Source: Mobula hypostoma
Taxonomy: Eukaryota
NCBI RefSeq assembly: GCF_963921235.1
Contig: NC_086098.1
Span: 237,646,001-237,710,000, forward strand
Direction: 5' to 3'
DNA: 64,000 nt
Every line of letters begins with the position of its first letter. Position 1 is the first letter of the stretch. Below are positions 49,926 through 62,253 of the stretch, piece after piece. The notes below the pieces were generated by a model. The model searched no databases. It worked only from the letters and a program-made list of their open reading frames with translations, and had not been told where the DNA came from. The position numbers and the translations under genes are program-made.

Positions 49926-52079
49926 AACCCCGAAGACAAAATTATGGCGACCGGATTTTTAAAGAGGTGCTTTTGTCACCAGAACCCGCTGCAGTCAATC
50001 CTGCAGTGTGCACTGGCTGGGATGGAGGAGGGACATTGCACCTTTAAGCAACTGCCTCCTCCACCAGTAACTCCGAGAAAAGCAACTGGCCCCGCCTTTA
50101 CATTTCCTCCAATCAGCCCTCTTTCAGAAGGTGACAAGTGAAGGAAAGAAAGAAAGAGAGAGAGAGAGAGAGAACTGAATCGGGAGTAAACATGCTATCC
50201 TCATTTCATCTCGCCTGTCACTTCCGAACCAAGGGGATACTGCTGGTTTTCATTTGTTCCCATGAATTTAGCGCAGTCTCAACAAATCAGGGATAAAGAA
50301 CTGGTACAATCCAAGCTGCAGGAGTAGATGCTGAGAGACGCACTGAAGTTTGGAGCAGGCAGCACAGGGCTCGGAATGGGAGGAGAATAGTGTAGGGTTC
50401 TTACGCCCCTGGAGAGAGAGGGGCCGATTTGGGAGAGGAAGCCAGTCAATTATGGTGGCACTTTACCACCCTCAGGGGGCCACATGAGTACGAGCCATCT
50501 CTGCACCACTGCTGAGAAAGTGCTTCATTTGTTGCTGGAAGTGGAGGAGAGGGAAGCGGGCGGACAGGGCACCGACCTCTCCGAGGGAAGAGCAGTAAGT
50601 ACAGCGCTACATATTGCCAGAGTGGGGGGACTGACTTGCAGAAAAAGGTGTGATGAGGGAGAGCCTTGCTGTCAGACGGTGTTCCGAAGGCAGTCCTAGG
50701 CACTCCGCTGTCCATCAGCCAGCGCCAAGGGCAGCTGGGAGTCACAACACTGAAGGGGAAAATGGCACCTGAGTTCATCTGTGAGATCTTGCTATGATTA
50801 GTGCTGCTGCTACACTTAGTGCGTTATAAGACCATAAGACATAGGAGAATAATGAGGCCGCTCCGCCACTCCATCTTTCTTCAACCCCATTTCCCTGCCT
50901 TCTTTGATTCCCAGCCTAATCAAAAATCATCCTCCGCTTTAAATATACGCAATGACTTGGCCTCCAACGGCGTCTGCGGCAATTAATTCCAAATATTTAT
51001 CACCCTCTGGCTGAAGAAATTCCCCCCATTTCTGTTCTAAATGGACGTCCCTCTATTCTGAGGCTGTGCACTCTTATTCTAGACTCGCCCACAATGGAGA
51101 AGAAATGAGGAATGGAATCAGCAGGGAATCCTGCTTTAAGATGACTATGATGCCCAAAAGAAGCTGTAGGTTTACTTTGCATTACAGAATATTTTTCCTT
51201 ATCTAAGAAAGGATGTGCTGCCATTGGAGAACCTGCAGAGGAGGTTTACGAGAATGTGCCTGGGTCCGATAGATTAATCTATGAGGAGTGTTTGATGGCT
51301 ATGGGCTTGTACTCGCTGGAGTTTAGAATAATAAGACTGGGCGGGTGGAACCTATCTAATATTGAAAGGCCTAAATAGAGTGTTGGTAAAGAGTATATTT
51401 CCTACAGTAAGGGAACTAGGAATAGAGGCACAGACACAGAATAGAAGAATTCCAATTTTGAACAGAGATGATGAGGAATTATTTCAGTCAGAAGGTGGTG
51501 AATCTGTGGAATTCATTGCCACAGACATTGTGTAAGCCAGGTCATTGGATATGTTTAGAGCAGAGATTGGTCTGTTTTTGATTAGTGAGGGCTTCAAAGG
51601 TTACAGGAGAATGGGGTTGAGAAGGATAATAAATCAACGATGACGGAATGGTGGAGCAGACCCGATGGAAAGAATGGCCTGACTCTGCTCCTCTGTCGTA
51701 TGATCTTATGGTTTATTTTAGGAAAACATAATCAGCTTGGGATCAGGAAAGAAATTTGTGCTGATGGTGATTGTGGAAGAGATGTTGCTGTCAATCCGAA
51801 CTGACCGGTGTCTGCCAGTAAGGAAATCCAGGATCCAGTTGCAAGGGCTGCACTCATCTATTTGTTAGGTTTCGCTATATTTCCCTGACAGGTAATAAAT
51901 TTAATTAAAACAGCGATACAGGCATTTATCTCTTAATTTTATCATATTAGCCCTCCAAATCTACTCGGCCTTCTGGTGGCGTTGTTCTTCATTTCAGATA
52001 TTTTTTCCTTCAAAATAGGTATTACCAATCTGGAGATCATCAACACTGTCTGCAATCCCAGTAACCCTTCTATACTGCA

Positions 52080-52360
52080 TCTGTGTTTGAGAGCTTGTTT
52101 GTATCCCTCTCTGCCCTCTGTTCACCCCTGTTTCTGTCTGTTTCTCTATCTCTCTCTATATCTGTGGCTGTGCCTTCCAGTCTGTTGTATGTCTGTCTGT
52201 ATGCCATTATCTCTCTCTCTCCGACTCACCATCTCCCTCTCCGTCTACCCATCCATTCTGTGTCTGCGTCTATCTATCTCCCTCTCCCTCTCTCACCCAT
52301 TTATCCCACCTTTCTCTCCCTTTCTTTCCCCTCACTCTACCTCTCCTCTCACTATCTTCC
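52080..52360 (+). repeat. CT-rich low-complexity tract
   Basis: Degenerate (CT)/(CTGT) repeats. Confidence 0.8.
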
Positions 52361-53899
52361 GAGATCCTATGCCGATTAATGCAATCTCCTCATCCTGCTC
52401 CATGACCGTTGTTGGATATATTGTTATGTGTGTGGGTGCATCTGTTTTACCGTTTGGTACTCCACGGTCTGGTTCTTTGTGCTAACCCATCTCTGTTGTG
52501 AATCCCGCAGGTGACCTCTGGAGCTGAGCAAGATGAGATGAGATGAGACATCTGACATCCACGGTGATCATCTGGTACAGGCTCCGTGTATGAACACAGG
52601 TCTCCAAGATGTTAACTTTCAAGTTGCCCCACCTATTAACCAATCACCAAGTTCCCAAAGTAAATCCAAGGAAACGGGTATCTTCTCTAAGTATCCTGTA
52701 CACAGGGAATTACCTGACACACTGATATCAATGCCTGAAACAAATTAGATCAAACTAAGGACCACAATTTGTAAGGCAGGGAAGGCGAAAGGTCAAGTGC
52801 TAACAAATAGCACGACAGTAGATGGGTTTTGTATGATCCACATATTCTTTGTAGGCTGTTGGGCCTGTTATGTGCTCTTTGACTCCAAAGCATGTTTACG
52901 TACAATCACATACATGCACCAGATATTCCTGGGAATCACTTTAGTTGTCAACAACAACAACAACAGCAACAAAACAAAAGAGAGTAATCTATCACCACAA
53001 ATAATTATTAATCCTGGGCATATTCCATTGTTCTGTGTCTGTCACGCCCCACTGACCAGCCTTCATTCTGACGGGCGTTAGTTCGTTCAATTCCGGGAGT
53101 TTAAGTCTCAGCCTTGAACTATTGGGTTTAAGTTGTATTGGGGTAAGGCTACGATGTGGGAGGGGAGGTGCTGAGGGAAGGACACAACATGCTTGCAGAG
53201 AGTAAGGAGTGCAGCGCTATGGAACTTGCGATGTTTTGAATTAATTTTCTAATCAACCTCCCATCGACCTGCTCGAGGGATACGACTGAGTACAATATTT
53301 ACCCTCCAGTCATCACTACAACACTAAGCAGACAATTTTCTATCTGTGGCATCTTCTGCATAAATTAGTCGATCTCGTATCGTAGCGTTACGTCATCCGC
53401 AGCGAGTGGGGCTTCAAAGATTCCCGGTGCGAGGAGCTGGGGAAATTTTGGACCGCATTAACCGTTTGTTCTCTGCGCTGCCAACCCATCCACGTTCGCA
53501 GGTTTTCCGTAACCCACAGAGCTCAAAAACGGACTGCCTCCTCAGCACGTTCCATATGACTAACAAGTTCTATTTCCTCTCCAAATTGGTACGCATTAGA
53601 GCGAAACATGGCAACAGGGTAAGATGTCGCTGGCAGCAAAACCTCAGAGGCTCTTCGGTCCCTCGGCTCCGTGCTTGTGTTCACTGCTCCACTCACGCAT
53701 CAGCCCACCTGAAGTGAGTAGGGTGGCATGTTTTGTGGAAAACGCAACCTGCGTGCAAAGGGGCGGTGGAACAGGATTCAGTACAAAGTAGCATGGTGTT
53801 TGCAATGAAATGTGATTTGATATTGAACTGGAATAAGTTGTAAATTTCCAGGTCACTCCAAGTCTCCCCGTTGGCCCCAGCTGCGCCAGGTGCATCGAC

Positions 53900-55680
53900 A
53901 TGTAGTTCCCTAGAGACCGTGTTCTGGAACTGGAGTTGCGCCTTTGGCTTGCTGTGAAAGTGAAGCAGTGATAGACTGAAGCTACGGGGAGATAGTTACC
54001 CCAGGGCTACAGGAGAAAGATAAACGAGTGGTCGTCACAAGAGGGAAGAGAGAAAGTCAGAAAGAGGAGAGCATCCCTGTGGCCGTCCCCATACACAATA
54101 AGTACTCCATTTTGAGGACTGTTGAAGGGGAACGATCTACCTGCGATAAACAATAGCGGCCGTACCTCTGGCACTGAGTGTGGCCTTGTGGCTCAGAGGA
54201 GTATGGAATTGAAGAGGATGGCAACAGTTACACGAGTCTCCATGGTTAGGAGGACAGATAGGTGATACTGAGACGCGAAAATGAAACATGGGTGGCAGTT
54301 TGCCTTGCAGGTGCCAGGGTCCAAGATGATTCTGGACGTATCGGTAATATCCTGAAAAGGGAGGGTGAACAGCCAGAATTATTGGTACATATTATGAAAG
54401 GTTAAAAAACTAGGTAATGATAGAGATCTAGATTATAAGGCCAGCAGGAAGGAGCTGGAGAATGAAATTAGGACAGCCAGAAGGGGCCACGAGAAGGCTT
54501 TGGCAAGCAGGATTAGGGAAACCCCAAGGTATTCCACAGGTAAGTTAAGAGCAAGAGGATAAGACGTGAGAGAATACTACCAATCAAGTGTGACACCAAA
54601 GGAATGCGGCTTTGGAGATCCCGAATTGCCTTGCTCACAGAAGGCAAAGAGTAGTTGTAGATTGGTCAAATTCTGCATGGAGGCCGGTGGCAGTAATGTG
54701 CTTTAAGGATCTGTTGTGGGACCCCTCCTCTTCGTGATTTTTTAAAATGATCTGGATGAAGAAGTGGAGGGTTGGGTTTGTCAATTTGCTGATAATACCA
54801 ATGTTGGGGGTGTTGTGGATAGTGTGGAGGGCTGTCCAAGGTTACAGTGAAACATCGATAGGATGCAAAACTGGGCTGAGAAGTGGCAGATGGAGCTCAA
54901 CCCGGATTGTCTCAGATGGTTCATTTTAGTAGGTCATATATGATGGCAGAATAGAGTATTAATGGTAAGACTCTTTGCAGTGTGGAGGATCAGAGGGATC
55001 TTGGGGTCCAAGTCTATAAGGCACTCAAGGCTGTTGCACCGGTTGACAGTGTCATACGGTCATTGGCTTTCATCAACCGTGAAACCCAGTTTAAGAGTCG
55101 TGAGGTCATGTTACAGCTCTTTAGGACCCTGGTCAGACTCCACATGGAGGACTGTGCTCAGTTCTGGTCAACTCACTACAGGAACCATGTGGAAACTATA
55201 GAAAGGGTGCAGAGGAGATTTACAAGGATGTTGTCCGGATTAGGGAGTATGACCTATGAGAATTGGTTGATCGAACTTGCCCTTTTCTCCTTGGACGGAC
55301 GGAGGATGAGAGGTGCCTTAGAGAGGTGTATAAGATAATGAGAGGCATTGATCGTGTGGATAGCCTGAAGCTTTTCCCCAGGGCTGAAATGGCTAACACA
55401 AGAGGGCACAATCTTAAAGGCTTGGAAGTAGGTACAAAAGATATATCAGTGCATTTTTTTTTCTTCTTACGCAAAGGGTGGTGAGTGTCTGGAATGGGCT
55501 GCCGGCGACTGAGGTGGAGGCGGATACGATAGGGTCTTTTAAGAGACTCCTGGATAAGTACATGGAGCTCAGAAAAAATAGAGGACCATAGGTAACCCTA
55601 GGTAATTTCTAAAATCAGTACATGTTCGGCACAGCATCGTCGGCCGAAATATCTGTATTTTGTTGTAGATTTTCTAAGTT
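53900..55680 (+). mobile_element. Internally deleted CR1 LINE (ORF1 remnant plus RT 3' end)
   Basis: ORF1-like start, then FVNLLII/KFADD-type RT remnants and the CR1 3' tail. Confidence 0.7.
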
Positions 55681-56230
55681 TCTATATTAGTACCAATGAC
55701 ATGGGAAGAAAAAGGGAGAAGGTCATGAAAGCAGAATACAGGGAGTTAAGAAGGAACCTGAGAAGCAGGCACTTAAAGGTAGTAATCTCGCTATCGCTGC
55801 CTGGGCCACGCGACAGTGAGGATAGGAATAAAATAAGGTGGCGGCAGATAAATACGTGGCTGAAGAGTAGAAGCAGGGCGCAGGGATTGAGATTTCTGGA
55901 TAATTGGGACCTCTTCTGTGCAGGTGAGAACTGTACAAAAGAGACGGAACGCATTTAAATCCCAGGGGTCCAATATTCTTTCAGGCAGATTGTTTAGAGC
56001 TGTTGGAAGTGGTTTAAACTAATATGGCAGGGGGATAGGAACCAGTATGGTAGAGCTGAGGATGAACCAGCAAGTTAACAAGTAGATGATGGCGGTTACA
56101 AGAACGTAAAGAAGAACAAGCCATTCATTGGGTACAAATGCAAACAGAGCAAGGATTTAAATTGTAGAGAGGCAAATTTCAAAAGGGAGAAAAATGCAGC
56201 AAGGAAGGTGATGTATTTAAATGCGCGCAG

Positions 56231-56467
56231 GTCGGCTGGTGGCACAGTGACATCAGTGCCGGACTCTGGAACGGAGGTTCCCGGGTTGGAATCGAGTGGA
56301 CCGCTCCCGAGTACGCTTTCCATCCGTGCCGGGTTGAGTGTTGAGCTCGCAACCCGACCTCGTAAAATAAAGAAAATTACCGCGAAATGTCTGTGCGAGG
56401 AGTGGCGCCCCACACAGATTTCCGATCCGCGCCCTGTAAGGCATAAAAATGTCATCAGCAGCAGCAG
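56231..56467 (+). mobile_element. tRNA-derived SINE with (CAG)n tail
   Basis: A box tggcacagtga and B-box-like ggttggaatcga. The CAG tail merges with host GCAG, and the host frame YLNAR-SIRDEVDEL is restored on removal. Confidence 0.75.
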
Positions 56468-56667
56468 CATTCGGGACGAAGTGGACGAACTCGTGGCGCA
56501 ATTAGAGATTTGTTGGTATCACGTTGTAGGCATCACTGAGTCGTGTTTGCTTGGAGCTTAACATCAAGGGATATAGTTTTATTGAAAGGACAGGAAGGAG
56601 GGCATAGTTAATGGTTTGGTTCTGTCGGTAAGCGATGGAATTACATCTTTAGAAAGAGTTGACATAG

Positions 56668-56910
56668 CACAAGTCAATGAATATGTTCTAAAAAAAAAGA
56701 TCACTCCCTACTTTGTACATAGTTTTCTTCTTTTAATTGTTCTTTCTTTCCTCTCCTTTCTATAAGTGTACTATATACCTCAGATAAATATTATGTGGAG
56801 ATTTGTGACAAATATGACTATTTGATATATATGTACAGTATCTGAAATACATCTTATGGAAAGTTTTGCTTGATGAAGAACTTCAATAAAAAATAAATTA
56901 CAAAAAAAAA
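56668..56910 (+). mobile_element. Short polyadenylated retroposed insertion (L1/Tx1-type 3' end) with 17-bp TSD
   Basis: AGAAAGAGTTGACATAG at 56651-56667 and 56911-56927; AATAAA and an A-tail at the 3' end. Confidence 0.85.
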
Positions 56911-57254
56911 AGAAAGAGTTGACATAGGGTCAGGGAATGTTGAATCTTTGTGGCTGAAGATGAGAAATTGCAAGTGTAAAAAAAAACATTATGGGATTCA
57001 TGTATAGGTATTCTGGGAATCATACATCCGCCTCCAAATAGTAGCTAGGATGTGGGATTGAGATTGTAAAGGTTGCTGCAAAAGACATGCAATTAGGGTA
57101 ATCCAATAATTGTAATGCGGAACTTCAATATGCATGGGGATTGGGAAAGTCGCGTTGGTGTGGGATGGCAAGAGGGGGAATTTGTTGGTGCCGAAGAGAT
57201 AGCTTTTTGAAGCAACTTGTGCTTAAGCCTACTTGCCGAAAGGCTATCTTATAG

Positions 57255-58492
57255 TGTCACAGAGAGGTGCTGGTAACGGACCCAAATGCAAGACACAGAC
57301 ACTGAAGTACAAGCAGCAGGACTTGACTAGGGAAGGGACGTGACAGGATTCAAACCAAGAGCAGGGACAACAACGCAGACTTGGGCTAGGGAAAGCGGGA
57401 CCAGGATTAGAAACCATGGACTGGGAGACAAGGCTTCGACTCCGAGACCGAGACTGGTCAAGGACCCAGAACCTGGGTATTGCCTCGGACTCGGACCCCA
57501 GAAACAGGCAAGGACATGACATGGCTTCAGGACAGGACGTGTTTGGGGTCTAGAGGCCTGAGTTTGGAGACAGGCTGGGGTTTTTGCTCATGAGGCTTGA
57601 GGCTGGGTCTTGGGTCTTGAGCTTTGCTGCAGGCTGGGGTCTTGGGTCTTGAGCTTCGCTGCAGGCTGCGGCCTTGGGCCGTGAGCTTGGAGTTTGGGGA
57701 CTTCAGGTTTGTGTTCTTGGAACTTGGCATGGGATCCTCGAGGCTTGGGTTCATGGAGCTTGGCTTGGGATCCTCGAGGCTTGGGTTCTTGCAGCTTGGC
57801 TTGGGATGCTCGAGGCTTCGGTTCTTGGAGCTTGGCTTGGGATCCTCGAGGCTTGGGTTCTTGGAGCTTCTCCTGGGCAGGAGACGGAATCCTGGGCAGG
57901 ACGCGGATCTCCTGGGCAGGAAGCGGAACTCCTGGGCAGGACGCGGAACTTCACCTGCTGGAGGCAAGGACAGGGAGGGAAAGACCCAACTGCAGGGTAA
58001 CGACAAATGGCTTCCTTACCCGACGGAGGCCAGGGACAGGAAGGGACAAAACCACCGCAGTGTAACGGCAATCGGACTGGCTCACCCGATGGAGGCAAGC
58101 ACAGGAAAGGAGCTCAGTCCAGGGTGGCTCTGAGATTCGGGGCAGCCAGCAACCTTGGCTGGCTACAGAAATGGCCGAATCCATACCACGTTGACTGCTC
58201 CGACGAGTGGCAACAAGGCTCCAGGAACCGGTGGTCCTCCAACCAGTCCAGGAGATCACGAATGGTTTCACTATCCTTCCATCAGTAGGTTGCTCCAAGG
58301 GGGACTGACAAGACAAACCAGGAGCCCACACTCAACCCCAAGGCTTTATATTCCAAACTACAAGATGGGAATCAGGTACCTATGCTTAACTGAATCAAAC
58401 GAGGGACAGCTGGAAGACTCGGAGTCCTGAGTCCTGAGTCCACTGACCGGACCGTGAACCGGAATGCGGACCTCACGGACCGGACCATGACA
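57255..58492 (-). mobile_element. Solo LTR of the tandem-repeat LTR family
   Basis: TGTCA...TGACA termini, internal tandem arrays, near-TSD TATAG/TAGAG. Confidence 0.85.
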
Positions 58493-61400
58493 TAGAGTTG
58501 GTGTTGTAGAATTACCCAGATCCTACTCGAGAGATTAACGTCACTGAACACTCAGGAGACAGTGACCGTATGATTGAATTCGTACAGCAATTTGAAAGAG
58601 GTAAGCGTAACTCGCATGTATCAGTATCGCAATGGAATAAAGGGAATTACAGAGTCATGAGGGACGAGCTTGCCGAGGTGGATTGGAGAAGGATACTGGC
58701 GGGGATGACAGCAGTGAAGAGTTACCTGAATTTTCTGGAGATAGTTCACAAATCGCAGGATAGGTATGTCTCACAGAGGACGAGGTTCTCAAATGGCAGC
58801 TGTGGCTGACAAAGGAAATTAAGGACTGCATAAAAACCAAAGAAAGGACATATAAGATAGCAAAATTGTGTGGGAATTTGGATGACCGGAAGCTTTTAAA
58901 AATCCAACAAAAGGCAACCAAAAAGCTACAAGAAAAGAAAAGGTGAATTATGAGGACAGACTAGGCAATCATATAAAGCAGGATACCAAAATATCTCAGT
59001 TACATAAAGAGTAAAAGGGAGGTAAGAGTTGATATTACACCACTGGAAAATGATGCTGGTGATGTAGTAATGTGGAACAAAGAAATGGCAGATGATCTTA
59101 ATGGGTACTTTGCATTTTTCTTCACTGTGGATGACACTAGAAGTATGCCAGAGATCCGTGAGTGTTACGGAGCAGGAGTGAGTGTCATTACTATTACAAA
59201 GGAAAAATTCACAGGCAAACTGAAAGGCCTTAAGGTGGCTGAGAGAGGTTGCTGAAGAGCTATCGGATGCATTGGTCATGATCTTTCACTTCATTCTGGC
59301 ACGGTCCGAAGTACGAGAAGATTACAAATTCACTTCTCACTTTAATAAAGGATAGGCCAGTTAGTCTAATCTCAGTGGTTGTGAAAGTGTTGGAGTCTAT
59401 TACTGAGGATGAAGTTTCGAGGTACCTGGAGACTAATGATAAACTAAGTCAAAGTCAGCATCGTTTCTGCAAAGGGAAATCTTGCGCAAGTCTGTTACTT
59501 CTTCGAGGAAGCAACAAGAAAGTGTGGACAAAGGAGAGGCAGTGGATATCATTTTCTTGGATTCTCAAAAGACGCTTAATAAGGTTCCACACGAGTCTGC
59601 TTAACAAAATGTAATCCTGCAGTGATACAGGAAAGATACTTCCATGGATAGCGCAATGGCTGACAGGTAGCAAGCCCCGAGTGGAATTAAAAGAGGCCTT
59701 TTCTAATTGGCTGGCGCTGACTATTGGTGTCAGGCGTCAGTGTTAGGACCACTACTTTTCACATTGTTTCTCAATAATAGGATTATGGAAACGATGGCTT
59801 TATGCCAAAGTTTGCAGATAATACGAAGAATGGAGGGACAGGTAGTGCTGAGGAAGCAATGTGATTACAGCACGACTTAGACAAATGGATAGAATGAGCA
59901 AAAAAGTGGCAAGTGGAATACAGTGTTGCGAAATATATGATGGTGCATTTTGGTAAAAATGAACAATAGTACGCATTATTATCTAAGTGGGGAAAGGGTT
60001 CAAACATCAGGGGTGCAAACGGATTTAGGAATCCTCCTACAAGAATCCCAGAAGGTTAATTTACAGATTGCGTCTTCGGTAAAGAAAGCAATTGCAATGT
60101 TGACACTTATTTCAAGGGGAATAGAATATAAAAACAAGGAGATAATGCTGAACATTTATAAGTCACTACTCAGGCCGCACTTGGAGTATTTACGGGAGTT
60201 TTGGGCCGTATATCTCAGAAAGGATATGTTGTCATTGGACAGAGTACAGACGAAGTTCGCGAGGATATTTCGGAGAATGAACATATGAGGAGAGTTTGGC
60301 CACTTTGGGCCTGTACTCACTGGAATTTGGAAGAATGAGGGTGGGTATTTTATTGAAACGAAACGAATGTTGGAAGGACTAGATAGGGTGAATGTGGAGA
60401 GGATGTTTCCTTAGGTTGCGTATGTAGAGTTAGAGGGCACAATCTAAAAAACAGGCGACCATTTAGAACAGAAGTAAAGCCAGAGAGTAGTAAATCATTG
60501 GAATGCTCTGACACCGAGTGCAGTGCAGGCCAAGTCCGTATATTTCAGGCGCAAATTGGCAGTTTACTGATCGGTCAGGGCATCAAAGGATATAGCGAGA
60601 TGACAGGTGCATGGTGTTGAGTGCGATCCGGGATCCGTCATGATGGAATGGCGGAGCAGACTCTATGGGCCGAATGGTCTACTTCATCGCCCATGGCCGA
60701 TGGCCCATGTCTTATGGTCTTACAGTATGTACATCTCTACCCACCAGATGGCCGGATCTATATTATTATGCAAGTGGATTTTGCAAGCAAAATAAAATAT
60801 CGAGAGGAACAGAATGCTGGAAACACTCGGTGGATCAAGCAGCGGCAATGGAGTACGCCGATGTTACTCGGTGACGCATCTCAAGGCAATGGATTTTAGC
60901 TGTAGCAGCCCGAAATGGGAATTTTAGACTATTCCCATCGGGGATACTTGTAAAGAGACGCCATTTATCGGCGCCATCTGAGACCACCTTGAAGACTGAT
61001 TACATCACTTTATAACCCTCATTGGTCTAAATATATTTGCCTTCACTTACATGTTGAAGTTCAAGTTCAGTTTCATAGTCATTCAATCAAACGAACTATA
61101 GTTTCTCCGGACCAAGGTGCACAACAAGGTGCATATAATGCACAATCAACACAAAATAATATTAGCACAAATACTTTAACACGTAATGACATATATTCCA
61201 GAAATTTGACATTCAGCATAAGGTGCATTTACGACACAAGTCGGAAAGTAAGCTGCACAACGCCATTGAGACTCCAGAGGTGATGAGACCTGGGTGGTCG
61301 CAGGGAGTTCAGCAGTCTCACGTCCTGGAGGAGGACGTTGTTCCACATGCTAACAGTCCTTGTCCTAATGCTGTAGTACTTCCTGTCTTATGTTGGGGAG

Positions 61401-61734
61401 GGGGGTCAAAGAGGGGATAATAGGTGTTGTCGGAAAACCCACCTCACCATTTTTTCGTTGTTGAATCTGGTTTACATTCTGCATTCCGGTGTATGGCTGT
61501 CTCCTATCGTCACCACATTATTAGTGCTCACCTTTCCAGTGGGCAGTCTTAAGGTTTTATACCAAGTATTATTTATACTTCAGTAAACCATAATGTTTCA
61601 ATGTTTATTACAAATGTGCAATACATCCTCTCTGCGTGCGTATTTCAGGCGCTTTTCAATAAAGGATAAGAATTTTTTATGAAATTTCCCTGTTATGTGC
61701 AATACTCACATGCCAGTTATAGAGTTTAAGGGGC

Positions 61735-62253
61735 TGTCCGGACGCTGGAGCAGGGATTCAATCGCAGACCCAGTACTGTGCACACAGTGATATTAATTGA
61801 GTAACAAATCCCGAGGTGCAAATAAAGTCAGCGTCAAAGTTCAGGCAGAGATAAAAACATTCAGAGAAATCCAAAAACTAGAATCAGGAAACAGGCAGAG
61901 TCGATGTTCAAACGTATAGAGTACAGATACAAATGCTGGAAAGGCTCAGCAAAATTCACTGGGACAATCTAACAACAAGTGAAAACACAGGACTAACGTG
62001 CACTCAGCAATAAACAGAGAGGCAGATGATAGCTGGAGTACAATGAGACGGAAGTGGCAGAAAAACGGATAATAATGAGAAACAGGTGAGAGGCGAAGTA
62101 CTCAGTAATACAAGTGCCGAAGTAGAACAGGAGCAGGGACAGGGGCAGATGGGTTACGAAAACAAACAAGAGCAAATGGCAATACAAAAACCACAGACTG
62201 AGCGCTAGGGGGAAAACACACATTAAGACAAATTTCAAATGGAGGTACTGACA
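61735..62253 (-). mobile_element. Possible solo LTR
   Basis: TGTC...TGACA termini and LTR-like composition, but the flanks (gggc / ggcg) are not a clean TSD. Confidence 0.35.

Larger units (their letters stand above)
55690..60720 (+). mobile_element. Degenerate CR1 LINE (ORF1 end, APE, RT, 3' UTR) carrying three nested insertions
   Basis: KVVISLSLPGP (ORF1), YLNARS...DEVDEL (APE), RT remnants to ~60400 and the 3' tail to ~60720, interrupted by a SINE, an L1-type insert and a solo LTR. Confidence 0.8.

Noticed and set aside
51976-52485. 169-aa hydrophobic ORF
   Set aside because: Product of a CT-rich low-complexity tract.
52490-53720. Plus-strand acceptor at ~52510 and exon-like segment ~53625-53714 ending in GTGAGT
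   Set aside because: No recognisable domain and no frame-consistent partner exons. May be non-coding; not supportable.
61783-61812. CACAGTG plus ACAAATCCC as an RSS
   Set aside because: The spacer is 14 nt, the nonamer has two mismatches, it lies inside an LTR-like repeat, and no V/D/J segment is adjacent.
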